Below are positions 17,412-27,326 of a stretch of DNA of 36,435 nt, piece by piece. The notes below the pieces were generated by a model. That model was not told the DNA's origin, did no database searches, and saw nothing but the letters and a program-made list of their open reading frames with translations. Positions within the stretch are counted from its first letter, which is position 1. Each line of letters starts with the position of its first letter. The stretch is from an uncultured Thermococci archaeon. Its GTDB lineage: Archaea > CAYQAE01 > CAYVLA01. Location: assembly GCA_964549615.1 (NCBI GenBank), contig CAZJVP010000092.1, positions 1-36,435 on the forward strand. Direction: 5' to 3'. The position numbers were made by a program, and so were the translations under genes.

Positions 17412-18179
17412 GTGGAGATCTTCCTAGACACCGCCAATCTGGACGAGATACGGCAGATCCTGCCGTGGGGCATCATATCCGGACTGACGACGAACCAGAA
17501 GATACTGTTGAGGGAGAAAGGGGTCGACTTCCGGCAGCATATGGAGACCATCCTGTCCCTGATCGAGGGGCCCGTGAGCGTCGAGGTTACCTCGTCCCGC
17601 CCCGACGAGTTCATCGATGAGGCGAGGGAGTACGCGTCCTGGGGCGATCAGGTCGTCATAAAGATCCCGATGTACGGCGATGGCCGTGCCCTCGAGGCGG
17701 TTTCGATCCTAGAAAAGGAGGGCATCGCCACGAACGTGACCGCCCTGATGTCGCCCAACCAGGTTCTGCTGGCGGCGTGCGCAGGGGCAACCTATGCAAG
17801 CATATTCTTCAGGCGCATCAGGGACTACGGGGATGACCCAGAGCGGGTGATCACGCAGTCCAGACAGCTGCTTGACTGGGACGGGTTCAAGACGCGGATC
17901 ATCGCCGGAAGCATCCGCGACCCGCAGGACGTCATCCAGGCTGGCGTGGCTGGCGCACATGTGGTGACCATCCCGTACAAGATACTTGTCCAGATGCCGA
18001 TGCACCCCAAGACCGAGGAGACGATCGCGGAGTTCGACCGGGCTTGGGAGGAGTTCCGCCGCGCATCGGTAGTCGAGGCGGATACGGTTGTTGGCAGGAC
18101 GCGGGCAAGGCCGGCCCCTGCGAAACGAGCCATCGTGGGAGGGGCTCGGAGGGAGGTCCTTCCTTCCAGCCGTTTGTGA
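17412..18179 (+). CDS. tal: Transaldolase (short TalC/FSA-like family)
   Basis: IFLDTA, GLTTNQ, GPVSVEV, VVIKIP (Schiff-base Lys), TNVT, GATYASIFFRR, AGSIR, GAHVVTIP, HPKT. Confidence 0.92.
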   Translation: MEIFLDTANLDEIRQILPWGIISGLTTNQKILLREKGVDFRQHMETILSLIEGPVSVEVTSSRPDEFIDEAREYASWGDQVVIKIPMYGDGRALEAVSILEKEGIATNVTALMSPNQVLLAACAGATYASIFFRRIRDYGDDPERVITQSRQLLDWDGFKTRIIAGSIRDPQDVIQAGVAGAHVVTIPYKILVQMPMHPKTEETIAEFDRAWEEFRRASVVEADTVVGRTRARPAPAKRAIVGGARREVLPSSRL

Positions 18180-18276
18180 TGCAGCATGCGACGTGAGCCT
18201 TCATTTCAGGGTTCGAAGGCGGCGAGCTGTATGTCGGCCTCAACACGGATGGGTCATGAGAAAGGGGATTTCTGAG

Positions 18277-18558
18277 ATGCCTAGCGAAAGGGTGCTTGGG
18301 GTCATTGTCCTGGTCTGCAGCTTGGTAGGAATCGCCGCGTACGGGCTGGTGCTGTATACCTACCCGATGGTGGTCCTTCAGCTGACGCTGTTCGTTGCGG
18401 TGGCTGGGGTCCTGCTGATCGTGGCTTGGATAGGTTGGACGATGGCTTCGACTCCGTCGCAGCCGACGCCAAGCGAGAAGTCCATTTCGGGCTCAAACGA
18501 GGAAGCTGAGCAGGGAAAGCCTGGCGTCCAGCCAGCCGTGGGTGAGACGAAGGCTTGA
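18277..18558 (+). CDS. Small two-TM membrane protein with polar tail
   Basis: MPSERVLGVIVLVCSLVGIAAYG...LQLTLFVAVAGVLLIVAWIGWTMASTP. The AWIGW/YTMA.TP motif is recalled from a conserved archaeal small membrane family. Confidence 0.8.
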   Translation: MPSERVLGVIVLVCSLVGIAAYGLVLYTYPMVVLQLTLFVAVAGVLLIVAWIGWTMASTPSQPTPSEKSISGSNEEAEQGKPGVQPAVGETKA

Positions 18559-19089
18559 TGATCTCCCGGACGGTCCTCCGTTTGATCCTAAGGTGTAAGG
18601 GACCGACCTTCCGTGCTACTACTCGAAGTTCGGCGGGTTGGTTTTGAACGCATCTCTGGACAGGTACGTCCAGGTCATGGTGGAGAGGTGGTTTGAGGAG
18701 GACATCCAGGTCAGCTACTCGGTGACCGAGATCGTGCGCCGAGAAGATCAAGCACTCGGCAGTCCGGGAGGCGCTCAGGCTGCCTGGCTTGAGCGGCCAT
18801 CTTGGGTGATCTCCATCTTGGGTCAAGTCATCTTCTCAGGAACCCGGTCGCATGATGGAACTGCTAGGAGGGTGCCTCTTGCGTGCTGCTAGTGCCATGC
18901 TCTTTGCTTACGGCCTGCGAGAGAAACAGGATTCTCTTGTGAGCTGTCGCGTATCTCGGCTTTCACTCTGCTCTGGTTGAGGCACAGGCATCAGACCGAT
19001 CTCTTGGACGGCCGTGCGGGCTCGGCCCGCGCAGGATCATGGCGCACCCCAGGGCGGCTGTTGATCAAGGGGTGGTCTGCCCGGGATGT

Positions 19090-19177
19090 CCCTAGAACTT
19101 GCCTGTCTTCTTGACTTGACCTACCACGATGCTTCCTACCTCGCAGAGGCGAAAGCCTCTGGGAATATCCTCGTCAC
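19090..19177 (+). pseudogene. 88-bp internal fragment of a vapC paralog
   Basis: 79/88 identical to the reverse complement of 7218-7305. Encodes LELACLLDLTYHDASYLAEAKASGNILVT. Confidence 0.9.
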
Positions 19178-19583
19178 CGCCCCGTATTTGCTGAGGCTTC
19201 GAGGGTGTTAGCCGGGCGAAGGGCCATGGACCTGTACGGCGATGAGGAACGCGGGTTGTCGCCGGACTCCCTCATAACTGGGGGACGAGGTAACGGACGC
19301 TTGGCAGTGGCCTGGAGGGCACTAGAGGCAGGGTGTCGCATGCTCGACGATTTCGCTTGCGGGGATCGCAGTAGAAGGAACGGTCGGTCTCGGGGCGCGG
19401 GTCAGGATCGCAGAGCGGATGTTGAGAAACGCGACGGAGAAGCCTTCAGCCCCTATCGGGAGTTCCATGACTGGCGGGAGCGATCAAACGGTTTGGTACG
19501 CCTGCAATCACGCGCGGCAGCGCGAAACTGAATGATCGTGGCAGATTTTTTGAATCGGCACTGGGTCCACAACAACATAGGGT

Positions 19584-19985
19584 GTGTTTGTGGGTGGTTC
19601 TCGTCGGAGAGCCGGCCCCCAGAGGCAGAACAAGGCCAACATCCTCATTGTGGAGAGCGACAAGGCCGTCCTGCGGAGCCTTGCCCCGATTCTGAACTTG
19701 GAAGGTTATGGCGTCACCGCGGTGGAAACCGGCCGCGAAGCCCTGGAGAAATTTAGGGTGCATGCGTTCGATCTGGCCTTGGTGAACCTGCACCTGCCTG
19801 ACATGGATGGGGCGGACCTGATATCGATCATGCACCGTGAGAAGCCAAGGATGGTTCTGCTCATCTTCACGGGCCTGCCAGAGGAGGTGGCGCTTCGGGC
19901 GTTGGAGCGCGGGGCACAGGGATTGATCCTCAAGCCCGCTGATCCCGTGGAGATCCTGGCGATGATAGAGCGACAGCTCGGGTAG
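19584..19985 (+). CDS. Stand-alone receiver domain lacking the phospho-acceptor Asp
   Basis: ILIVESD...GREAL...FDLALVNLHLPDMDG...IFTG...GAQGLILKP. Asn occupies the position of the canonical Asp. Confidence 0.88.
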   Translation: MFVGGSRRRAGPQRQNKANILIVESDKAVLRSLAPILNLEGYGVTAVETGREALEKFRVHAFDLALVNLHLPDMDGADLISIMHREKPRMVLLIFTGLPEEVALRALERGAQGLILKPADPVEILAMIERQLG

Positions 19986-20078
19986 CTGAACCGCGTAGTG
20001 ACGTGGTGGACGGGAACGGTGGGTTCTCTCCAGCCCGCGGGATTCGCCGTGATGCGACCATGTCGAGCACCGGGTCGC

Positions 20079-21215
20079 CTAGGGCTTGGCATCGATTGAA
20101 GCGGATCTAACGATGCGCTCCAGCGTGGCCCGTTCCCAGTCAGGATGCTTCTGGAGACAGGCATTGATTGGGTCAGGCCGGTCCGCCTCGACCTGTCGGC
20201 CCGCACCGAGAGACAGTATCCGCAGGCCCAGAGATACCGTCGCATCGAAGGCGCCGATTGCCCATCTCCTGAGGCGGGGACGAAGGATGAAGATGACTAC
20301 GGTTACCATCAGCCAGACGATGATCAGCCTGGCATAGTCGGGAGCCCTCCTTATGACGACCGTGAACAGCTCCAACGGATTCGTGAGCGCGCGGTGTTCC
20401 TCATCTATGTAGATCCGTTCGATCTCCCACCCCGTGATCAGGCTTATCAGGTTCGCCATGAGGCGCTCGTTGCCCGGCCTTGCGATCATGTCGTTAACGA
20501 AGATGCTGGGATCGGACAGCAGGATCATCCTGCCCTCCCCGTAGGGGATCTCGATCATGACCGGGATCGGTCCCCTCCTCTCGTCTTCCCTCTGCCAGAT
20601 ACCGTCATCGTTTGAGTCGACCCAGCTCATGGGACTTGTCCTTGCCAGCAGCGTGGAGCCGGGCGGCAGAGGCCCCACGAGCCCCGTGGGGCGATTCAGG
20701 TAGAACGATGACATGTTTCGGAGAAGGGGCCGGTCGGCCATGGCGTAGCAGGTCACGATGGCCGGGTCCCTCTCAAAGCAAAGATCGGCCACGGCCTCCC
20801 TGCCGAATCTCAGATCCAGGCCCATCCCCTCAAGAAGGGAGTTGCCCTCGTCGAAGTCGTTAGCCACGATCAGAAGCCCGCCTCGCGCCACGAACCCAGC
20901 GGTGAAGTTGGCGTCCGATCTCGTGAACGGGCGGGTCGGACCGATCACCACAAGCGCGGTGCGAGCATCACTTGGCCTATTGCGGATCGTCCCGAAAGGG
21001 GTGTGAAGCGGGTAAACCTCTTTTCCGCTTGCGAAGAGCCTGAGAGCGAACTGCGAGCAACCACGCCACCCAGTGTTGTAGATCGAGAAGTCGGAGGCGC
21101 TTCTCAGAACGGGCAGGGTGAGGGGCAGGAAGAACACCGACCCAGCACAGAGGTAGACTAGCGCGTAGAGTACGATCCGTCTCGCGCGTCGGGTGATGAA
21201 AGGCCTTCTCGCCAC
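20079..21215 (-). CDS. DUF4350-type membrane-anchored protein
   Basis: N-terminal TM, DFSIYNTGWRGCS, FVARGGLLIVANDF, GEGRMILLSDPSIFVNDM, IDEEH, second TM. Confidence 0.85.
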   Translation of the reverse strand: MARRPFITRRARRIVLYALVYLCAGSVFFLPLTLPVLRSASDFSIYNTGWRGCSQFALRLFASGKEVYPLHTPFGTIRNRPSDARTALVVIGPTRPFTRSDANFTAGFVARGGLLIVANDFDEGNSLLEGMGLDLRFGREAVADLCFERDPAIVTCYAMADRPLLRNMSSFYLNRPTGLVGPLPPGSTLLARTSPMSWVDSNDDGIWQREDERRGPIPVMIEIPYGEGRMILLSDPSIFVNDMIARPGNERLMANLISLITGWEIERIYIDEEHRALTNPLELFTVVIRRAPDYARLIIVWLMVTVVIFILRPRLRRWAIGAFDATVSLGLRILSLGAGRQVEADRPDPINACLQKHPDWERATLERIVRSASIDAKP

Positions 21216-21216
21216 C

Positions 21217-23310
21217 TTACTGCCCTCCCGCCCCTTGCAGGGAAGAGCGCACCGCCCCTAGCGCGCGGTAGAACTCCCTTTGCTCGGCAGGTTCGGTTCG
21301 GCGCCCCGAAAACGCCGCCTTCTCGTATATCTCGGTGGCGGTTCGAAGAGGTTCCAAGATGCTCTGCTTCATGCCCTTGACCCGAGCAAGGGATAGGATC
21401 TCCGTGTGCGTCTTGTTTGCCAGATCGATCAAGAGGACGCGGGAGATCAGCTCGACCAGCTCGGCGTACGCCCTCAGCAACGCCTCGCCGCCCCTGCTGA
21501 CCATTCCCTGCAGCGTCCTCGGCCTCCTATGGGTACTCGCTGCGCCATGGCTGGCGGGGGTCACGGGCTCCGGCATGGACTCAGCTGGGCTCTCCAAGGT
21601 CGTCCCGCCCGGTCGGCCCCCATGCCTCTGAACGATATGGGGTCTGACGCCCCGTGCGAAGGCAAGCCCGGCGAGGATCATCCCGATCGCCGCCACCGAA
21701 AGCATGATCGGGATCCACAACACTCCCGCCGCCCACACCTCCACCTGGATCTCTCGGCTCCGGCTGCCGGAATATGTCCGGTCATCCGGCTCGAACGCGG
21801 CCATGAGTCGGTGCAGGCCCGTTTCATCCTTCGACATCAACGGATTGAGGCTGAAGGACCCCTCATGGTCAGTGGTCGTTGACCACTTCGGCAGGCCGTC
21901 CCATAGAACTAGCACGGTCCTGCCAGGTAGGCCAATTCCCGCCATGTCCATTAGAATCCCGGTGATGGACAGCGTGTCGCCCGCCTTGGTCCTTGGAGGA
22001 GCCATGATGGTGATCCGTGTCGCAAGGGGCTCCGTGCCTTGGGCCGGCGGGAGGACATGGATCGACACGGGCGGCGATGTGCAGGGAAGGTAGAAACCGT
22101 CTCCCCGGAATGCCGAGTGCACAGCGTACGTCCCGGCGGAAGACGGGGTCACCCGCGCAAGGTAGTATCCTTCGTCGTCGGTCTGAACCAGCGTCCGGAT
22201 GGCTGATCCGTCCGATTCGACCAACACTTCTCTTCCCGGGACGCCCCTCCCCCATTCGTCCTGCAGCCTGCCCGAGAGGCTGAGGGTTTGGCCCAGGCCT
22301 GCCTCGGCATGGGATGCGCGCAGGGTGAGGGAGGTACGCATCCTCGCCCCGCCGATCACCGTGACGTAAACCACGTTGGATGAGCAGGGTGAGTAGTTGG
22401 ACGCGGGCGGGGGGTCGAAGTACGCCCGGGCAGGGTAGATGCCCGGAGCGAGGGTTCCCGGTATCGGCCATACAGCCTGGAAGGCGCCCTCGGCAGAGGT
22501 CTGAACGGTGCTCACGGTAGATAGGAACTCGATGTGGACGTTCTCCCCAGGCAGCCCGGCCCCCCCGGCGACGAAAAGGGCCCCCCTGAAGGTGACGTTC
22601 TCGCCGGGTAGCAGCTGATCGGGCTGGGCCAGTAGCTCCAAGGCGGTGAGAAGGATCGCGGGGGCTGGCTCCAGATCCCCCAGCATCGCCGAGTAGATGG
22701 CGAGAAGGGCCCTCAGTTCGGCCAGCCTCTCGAGAAGATGTTCGTAGTGGATGAAGGGCGGGAGCGACCGCACCGAGGACTCCAGCTCCCAGACGCTCAC
22801 ATTCATATCGGCAAGGTGCTTCTCGGCCACAAGAATCCGGATTCGGGCATCGACGCTCGGCCCGGTCGCGTTCAGGGCTTGTGTGAGGCTTTCGTTGAGC
22901 GCGCGATGGCTCTCTGCCACCGATTGGCACGACTTCGAAAGGGCCACCAGGGGGACGGTCGAGTAGGTTTCCAGAAGGATGATCGCGTCAAGTCCCCTGT
23001 TCGCGATGTCATCTCTGAAGGCGCCAAGCTGCACGACGAACCCCTTCAAGGCTTCCGCAGCCTCGATGGCCTCCTCGTGCCTAGCCTCGATGGACTTGGC
23101 GAGGGATCGGTTGGCGTCGTCGCAGAGGGCTTGGTAGAGTGCATGGATCGCGGTCGGGTTGGTCTGAACTAGGTCGTAGTTCTCGTGGTACACCGGTGCT
23201 GCGCCCAGAGCCGTCTTGGCGAGCAGAACGAGCAGGCATGCAAGAAGAGCCGGATTGGCCCACCTTGCCCGCCCGCCCGATGCATCTTTGGGGAGGAACG
23301 TATGGGTCAT
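21217..23310 (-). CDS. Secreted/membrane protein with helical N-domain, three Ig-like repeats, TM and DUF4129-like C-terminus
   Basis: Signal-like segment, three beta-rich units (SG.L.D..G.G.PG..V...T...G.F/Y...A.F), TM, and THTEI...TEIYEKAAFS. Start set at ATG 23310, which overlaps the upstream stop. Confidence 0.8.
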   Translation of the reverse strand: MTHTFLPKDASGGRARWANPALLACLLVLLAKTALGAAPVYHENYDLVQTNPTAIHALYQALCDDANRSLAKSIEARHEEAIEAAEALKGFVVQLGAFRDDIANRGLDAIILLETYSTVPLVALSKSCQSVAESHRALNESLTQALNATGPSVDARIRILVAEKHLADMNVSVWELESSVRSLPPFIHYEHLLERLAELRALLAIYSAMLGDLEPAPAILLTALELLAQPDQLLPGENVTFRGALFVAGGAGLPGENVHIEFLSTVSTVQTSAEGAFQAVWPIPGTLAPGIYPARAYFDPPPASNYSPCSSNVVYVTVIGGARMRTSLTLRASHAEAGLGQTLSLSGRLQDEWGRGVPGREVLVESDGSAIRTLVQTDDEGYYLARVTPSSAGTYAVHSAFRGDGFYLPCTSPPVSIHVLPPAQGTEPLATRITIMAPPRTKAGDTLSITGILMDMAGIGLPGRTVLVLWDGLPKWSTTTDHEGSFSLNPLMSKDETGLHRLMAAFEPDDRTYSGSRSREIQVEVWAAGVLWIPIMLSVAAIGMILAGLAFARGVRPHIVQRHGGRPGGTTLESPAESMPEPVTPASHGAASTHRRPRTLQGMVSRGGEALLRAYAELVELISRVLLIDLANKTHTEILSLARVKGMKQSILEPLRTATEIYEKAAFSGRRTEPAEQREFYRALGAVRSSLQGAGGQ

Positions 23311-23939
23311 CTCGTTCTCACTCTCCGCGGCTGTGCAATGAGGATCGAGGCGAAGACCATCGCGGCTAGGCCGGCCGCAATCGCGGTCTGGAAGGTTGCA
23401 GCCTCCGGGCTTCCAGCGTACTGCCGGAGCAGATCCACATACGAGAAGGAGAGAACAAGCCCACCCAGAACCCCGGCCGCCAGGGCAACGGCCTTGAGAA
23501 GCGGAATAGGCCTGAAGACGACCCTTGCCCTTGCGGTCCCGCCCTCCATGGTCAGGGCCACCTCCAAGAGGAGAAGAAGCGGCATCCCGAGCCCCAGGAC
23601 GGCCAGAGAAACGCTGGATACCTCGCCGATCTCGAGGCTGGAGACCTTGAGCATGTTGGATGAGACGTAGGCCAACGCCCACCATGAAAGGATGGAGATG
23701 GTGCGCCAGGAGAGAACAAGGGAAAAAACAAGGAGGGAGACAGGAAATGCGATCCCGACGAGTTCTAGCGGCCTCTCGGCCCAGTAGGACGCGTACTGCC
23801 CCCCTGATGCGTAGTAAGCCAGGAACAGGAGGACATAGGTCGACGATAGTATGCCTACTGCCCTGACTGCGTCAATCTTGGGATGTACTTGAATGCTTCC
23901 TGACAAGCGGTGGACCTGGCTCGACAAGGCCGCCATCAC
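23307..23939 (-). CDS. Multi-pass membrane protein of the MoxR operon
   Basis: About six hydrophobic segments; 4-bp overlaps with both neighbours. Confidence 0.75.
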   Translation of the reverse strand: MMAALSSQVHRLSGSIQVHPKIDAVRAVGILSSTYVLLFLAYYASGGQYASYWAERPLELVGIAFPVSLLVFSLVLSWRTISILSWWALAYVSSNMLKVSSLEIGEVSSVSLAVLGLGMPLLLLLEVALTMEGGTARARVVFRPIPLLKAVALAAGVLGGLVLSFSYVDLLRQYAGSPEAATFQTAIAAGLAAMVFASILIAQPRRVRTR

Positions 23940-25375
23940 CCCCGTGAGAGCTCTCGGGAGACCTTGGCGATGGCCTCCGTTCCCCTCTCGACCTCTATCA
24001 CTTGGACGCCCATCCTCTCGAGCCTCCGCATCAGTGCCCTCTTGGCTTGGTAGGCGAGGTAGAGCTTCTCAAGGGCCTCTGGGGTGATGGTTTCCCCAGC
24101 CGCATCGAAGGCCGGGCTGAACGGCGTCACGATGACGACCCGATGCCCCCTGCGAAGCGTGATCCGGCAGGATAGGGTGACGGCTTTGGCGTCGGTCTGA
24201 AGGTCCGAGAAGATCAGGACGATTCCCCCCTTCACCCCATCCAGGGTGAGCCGCTCCACAACAGCGTAGATGCCGGCCGCCCTCTCGGGTGAGCTCACCT
24301 TTCTTCGCCCAAAGAAGGGCAGTATCCTTGATATGAACGTCTCGGGGGTTCCCTGAGCGGTTCCGCCTAGGGTCATTGCGGGGGAGGCCTCCACCACCCG
24401 GCTTCCGGGCACCATGGAGATCGTTGAGAGAAGCCTTGCCGGTGCCATCCGCCCTCCGCCCGGGGGCTCGAATCCTAGGATTCTGTGCTCGTCGTAGGCT
24501 CCTAGTCCCACGGGGAACCCGCTTCTAACCAGGTGGGTGGCCAGAAGGATCGCTAGGTGGACTGACTGATCTAGCTTCGACGCCCGACCGGCAGCCCGAG
24601 CGAGCCTCATGGACCTTGAGGAGTCAAGAAAGATGTAGACGCTTGGACGCGTCTCCTCGTATGTCAGCTTGGCCATGAGCTTGGCCAGCCTGGAAGAGGC
24701 CTTCCACTCGATGGATGTGAAGGGATCGTCGGGGAGGTACTGCCTCAGGCCAGCGAACTCATACCCTCCTCCGGCCTTTGAAGACGGGGCGACCGCCTCC
24801 CAGGGGTGCTCCCTGCGGAACACGACGTTCCCGCCCTTGAACTTCTCGATCGGGGGACCAACCTGAACGGTGCGGGGTGCGGACTGTTCGGTCTGGACCG
24901 ACATCAACCCCCTCTCGTCCATCAGTCGGAGCCTGAACCTGTCCAGCACCAGCCGGCCGCGCACGATGGGCCTGACGGTGTAGGAGAGCCTTCCGCCCCT
25001 CATGGGCTCAATGACCTGAGTGGTTCGTATGGATCCAGATGCCATCTCCGCCTCGGGCGGGAGGTCGTCCTCAACCTCGACCCACACCGAGTGGGCGGAG
25101 GCGTTGTAGATCTCTAGGGACGCGGGCATGGCTCTGTCCTGGAACGCCCTCTCCGGGCAGTGCCTAGTCGCGGCTAGCTTGGTGGTTCCCAGCTGCTCGT
25201 TGAAGCTCAAGCGGGCGAATGCTGCGTATGCGAGGATCATGCACGCCACGATGGCTGGGGTTAGGTTGTTCAGGGCATAGCCCTGTGCGAAGAGGAAGAC
25301 TGCGACGGCTACCAACAACTTGCCGTGGGTGGTGAACTCGATCTCGCCGGCCACCGGGTTGGGATTGCTGCTCAA
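23936..25375 (-). CDS. DUF58 domain protein (vWA-like)
   Basis: Two N-terminal TMs, EFAGLRQYLPDD...IEWKASSR, FLDSSRSM, SKLD, IFSDL. Confidence 0.92.
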   Translation of the reverse strand: MSSNPNPVAGEIEFTTHGKLLVAVAVFLFAQGYALNNLTPAIVACMILAYAAFARLSFNEQLGTTKLAATRHCPERAFQDRAMPASLEIYNASAHSVWVEVEDDLPPEAEMASGSIRTTQVIEPMRGGRLSYTVRPIVRGRLVLDRFRLRLMDERGLMSVQTEQSAPRTVQVGPPIEKFKGGNVVFRREHPWEAVAPSSKAGGGYEFAGLRQYLPDDPFTSIEWKASSRLAKLMAKLTYEETRPSVYIFLDSSRSMRLARAAGRASKLDQSVHLAILLATHLVRSGFPVGLGAYDEHRILGFEPPGGGRMAPARLLSTISMVPGSRVVEASPAMTLGGTAQGTPETFISRILPFFGRRKVSSPERAAGIYAVVERLTLDGVKGGIVLIFSDLQTDAKAVTLSCRITLRRGHRVVIVTPFSPAFDAAGETITPEALEKLYLAYQAKRALMRRLERMGVQVIEVERGTEAIAKVSRELSRG

Positions 25376-25406
25376 GAGCCCTTCCCCTCACCTGCCCCGC
25401 CTCGGC

Positions 25407-26468
25407 CTAGCCCCTCGGCACAGGGACCGACGCCAGCACCTGCTCTATGACGGCGTCGGGCGTGACCTCCTCGAGTTCGGCATCCACCGTGAGCTTGAGG
25501 CGGTGCAACAGCACAGGCTTTGCCAAGGCCTTTACGTCGTCTGGGGTCGCGTAGCCCCGCCCGCAGACAAGGGCACGGGCCTTGCACGCCCTGAGGAAGT
25601 GCTCGGCAGCCCTCGGGCTTGCGCCCAGGGAAACGTTGGGGTTCCTTCTGGTTGCCAAGACGAGGTCCCGTATGTACCGAAGGACCAACGTCTCCACATG
25701 GACCATCTTCGTTGCCGAGATGAGGGATGAGATCACCGGCGGTGCTGCGATGAGCCGGGCCTTCGGCGGATCGATCGAGAGGTTCTTCATATGCAGCATC
25801 ATGAGCTCGGCCTCCTCCCCCGGGTAGCCGACCTGGAGTTTGAAGAGGAACCTGTCGATCTGGGCTTCGGGCAAGGGGTAGGTCCCCTCAAGCTCGATGG
25901 GGTTCTGGGTCGCCATGACCATAAACGGGAGGGCCATGGGCAGGGTGGTCCCCTCGATCGTTGCTTGGCGCTCCTGCATGCATTCTAGGAGCGCTGATTG
26001 GGTCTTGGGGGGGCTCCTGTTGATCTCATCGGCTAAGATTATGTTCGAGAAGATCGGGCCTTTGCGCAGGTGGAACGATCCATCGGCCGGGCTGTAGACG
26101 TAGTTTCCCAGGATGTCGGCCGGCAGGAGGTCGGGCGTGAACTGTATCCGAGAGAACGCGAGCCCCATGCATTCTGAGAACCTCTTGATCATGGTGGTCT
26201 TGGCAACGCCCGGGACGCCCTCCAGCACGGCATGTCCCTCTGCCAGGAGGCAGGACAGGAGAAGCTCGCAAATCGTCTCCGCGCCGACCACGGCCTTAGC
26301 CATCTCCTCCTTGAGAGCCGTTGAGAGCGCCAGCCCCTGTCTAACCAGCGATTCGATGTCCCCGCGTTCCCGGGCTATCGTCTCGTCCTCGACCGCCAAC
26401 CGACCTCCTCCAAGTGCCCGGCCCTGAGACTCGACCCTCGGCTCTCCTTGTGGTTGAGCGTTCGACAT
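25407..26468 (-). CDS. moxR: MoxR family AAA+ ATPase
   Basis: LEGVPGVAKT, RIQFTPDLLPADI, LADEINRSPPKTQSALLE, ATQNPIELEGTYPLPEAQIDRF, GASPRA. Confidence 0.96.
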   Translation of the reverse strand: MSNAQPQGEPRVESQGRALGGGRLAVEDETIARERGDIESLVRQGLALSTALKEEMAKAVVGAETICELLLSCLLAEGHAVLEGVPGVAKTTMIKRFSECMGLAFSRIQFTPDLLPADILGNYVYSPADGSFHLRKGPIFSNIILADEINRSPPKTQSALLECMQERQATIEGTTLPMALPFMVMATQNPIELEGTYPLPEAQIDRFLFKLQVGYPGEEAELMMLHMKNLSIDPPKARLIAAPPVISSLISATKMVHVETLVLRYIRDLVLATRRNPNVSLGASPRAAEHFLRACKARALVCGRGYATPDDVKALAKPVLLHRLKLTVDAELEEVTPDAVIEQVLASVPVPRG

Positions 26469-26594
26469 CTTGCCTCCGGGTTGTGCTCGTTCCGCTCTCT
26501 CGGACTAGCTGCAGGGATGAGGCGGCTTGTTGCTGCCAATGGCTTCCCCCGCGATGAGATCTCTCCGGGTCCGGCCCCGTTCGCTTGCATGGCC

Positions 26595-26608
26595 TCCTTA
26601 AAAATTGC
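26595..26608 (-). promoter_or_regulatory. TATA-containing promoter motif upstream of moxR
   Basis: Minus strand GCAATTTTTAAGGA, identical to 28221-28234. Confidence 0.65.
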
Positions 26609-27055
26609 ACATCGATGGGGCATATGTTGGAATCAAGCAGCCCGTGCACAATAGGAATGGGGACCTATCCCAGAGAAACGCAGGCCATTCACATACTTGT
26701 CGGGAAGATCCACGGCGTCCTTCCCTCCAGCCGTCTTGAATGGCCTCCTCCCTAGCTCGACCTCATTTGCAGAAGAAGGCCCGCTCAACAGTACAAACGA
26801 CCAGCTGTCCAGCCAGTCCAATCAGCAGCTATTCCTGACATGTTTGGATCTCCGTCCACTTGGACCGGTAACCATGATAGAGGTACCCTTTCCACTCTTG
26901 TGATCCGTCCTTCCTCGCCTACACATTTTCCCCAAGGAAGATGAATCAGCCCCAACATCGATGGCCCAACTAGGAGGGCTCGAACGCATCTACCCACACA
27001 AAGCTCAAGAGAACCGCGTATCACTACGCGCCAGGTGCCGCTAGTTCAGGAACTC

Positions 27056-27325
27056 CTACGAACTTCTGAGTATGTCAATCACCCTTACCAGAACCACTAT
27101 CAGGAAAACGAGGAAGCCGCTGTAGGCGAAGGTCGATACCTTGTCCCTCAGTGACCGGGTGCCGTAGCCGGAGACGAGCTCCGCGCTTATCAGAAGTCCT
27201 ATTGTCAGCAGGGTGGACAGTATCTGGATCTGGCCTTTCCAATCACGGGCAAGGAGCACGAGGAGCCAAGAGAACGTCACCCAGCCAATCATTCCGATGA
27301 CTGCATGGTCGACAAGCCTTGCCAC
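27056..27325 (-). CDS. Small three-TM membrane protein
   Basis: GTG start 1 bp after the upstream stop; hydrophobic, with LTIGLLISAEL and FLIVVLVRVIDIL. Confidence 0.75.
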   Translation of the reverse strand: MARLVDHAVIGMIGWVTFSWLLVLLARDWKGQIQILSTLLTIGLLISAELVSGYGTRSLRDKVSTFAYSGFLVFLIVVLVRVIDILRSS

Positions 27326-27326
27326 C

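Noticed and set aside
23311-23685. N-terminal 125 aa of the 822-aa ORF call
   Set aside because: It overlaps the 23307-23939 membrane protein gene. ATG 23310 gives a normal stop/start overlap and a signal-like segment.
26620-27050. Gene or mobile-element remnant in the spacer inside the MoxR module
   Set aside because: No terminal repeats or recognisable translated motifs were found by eye.
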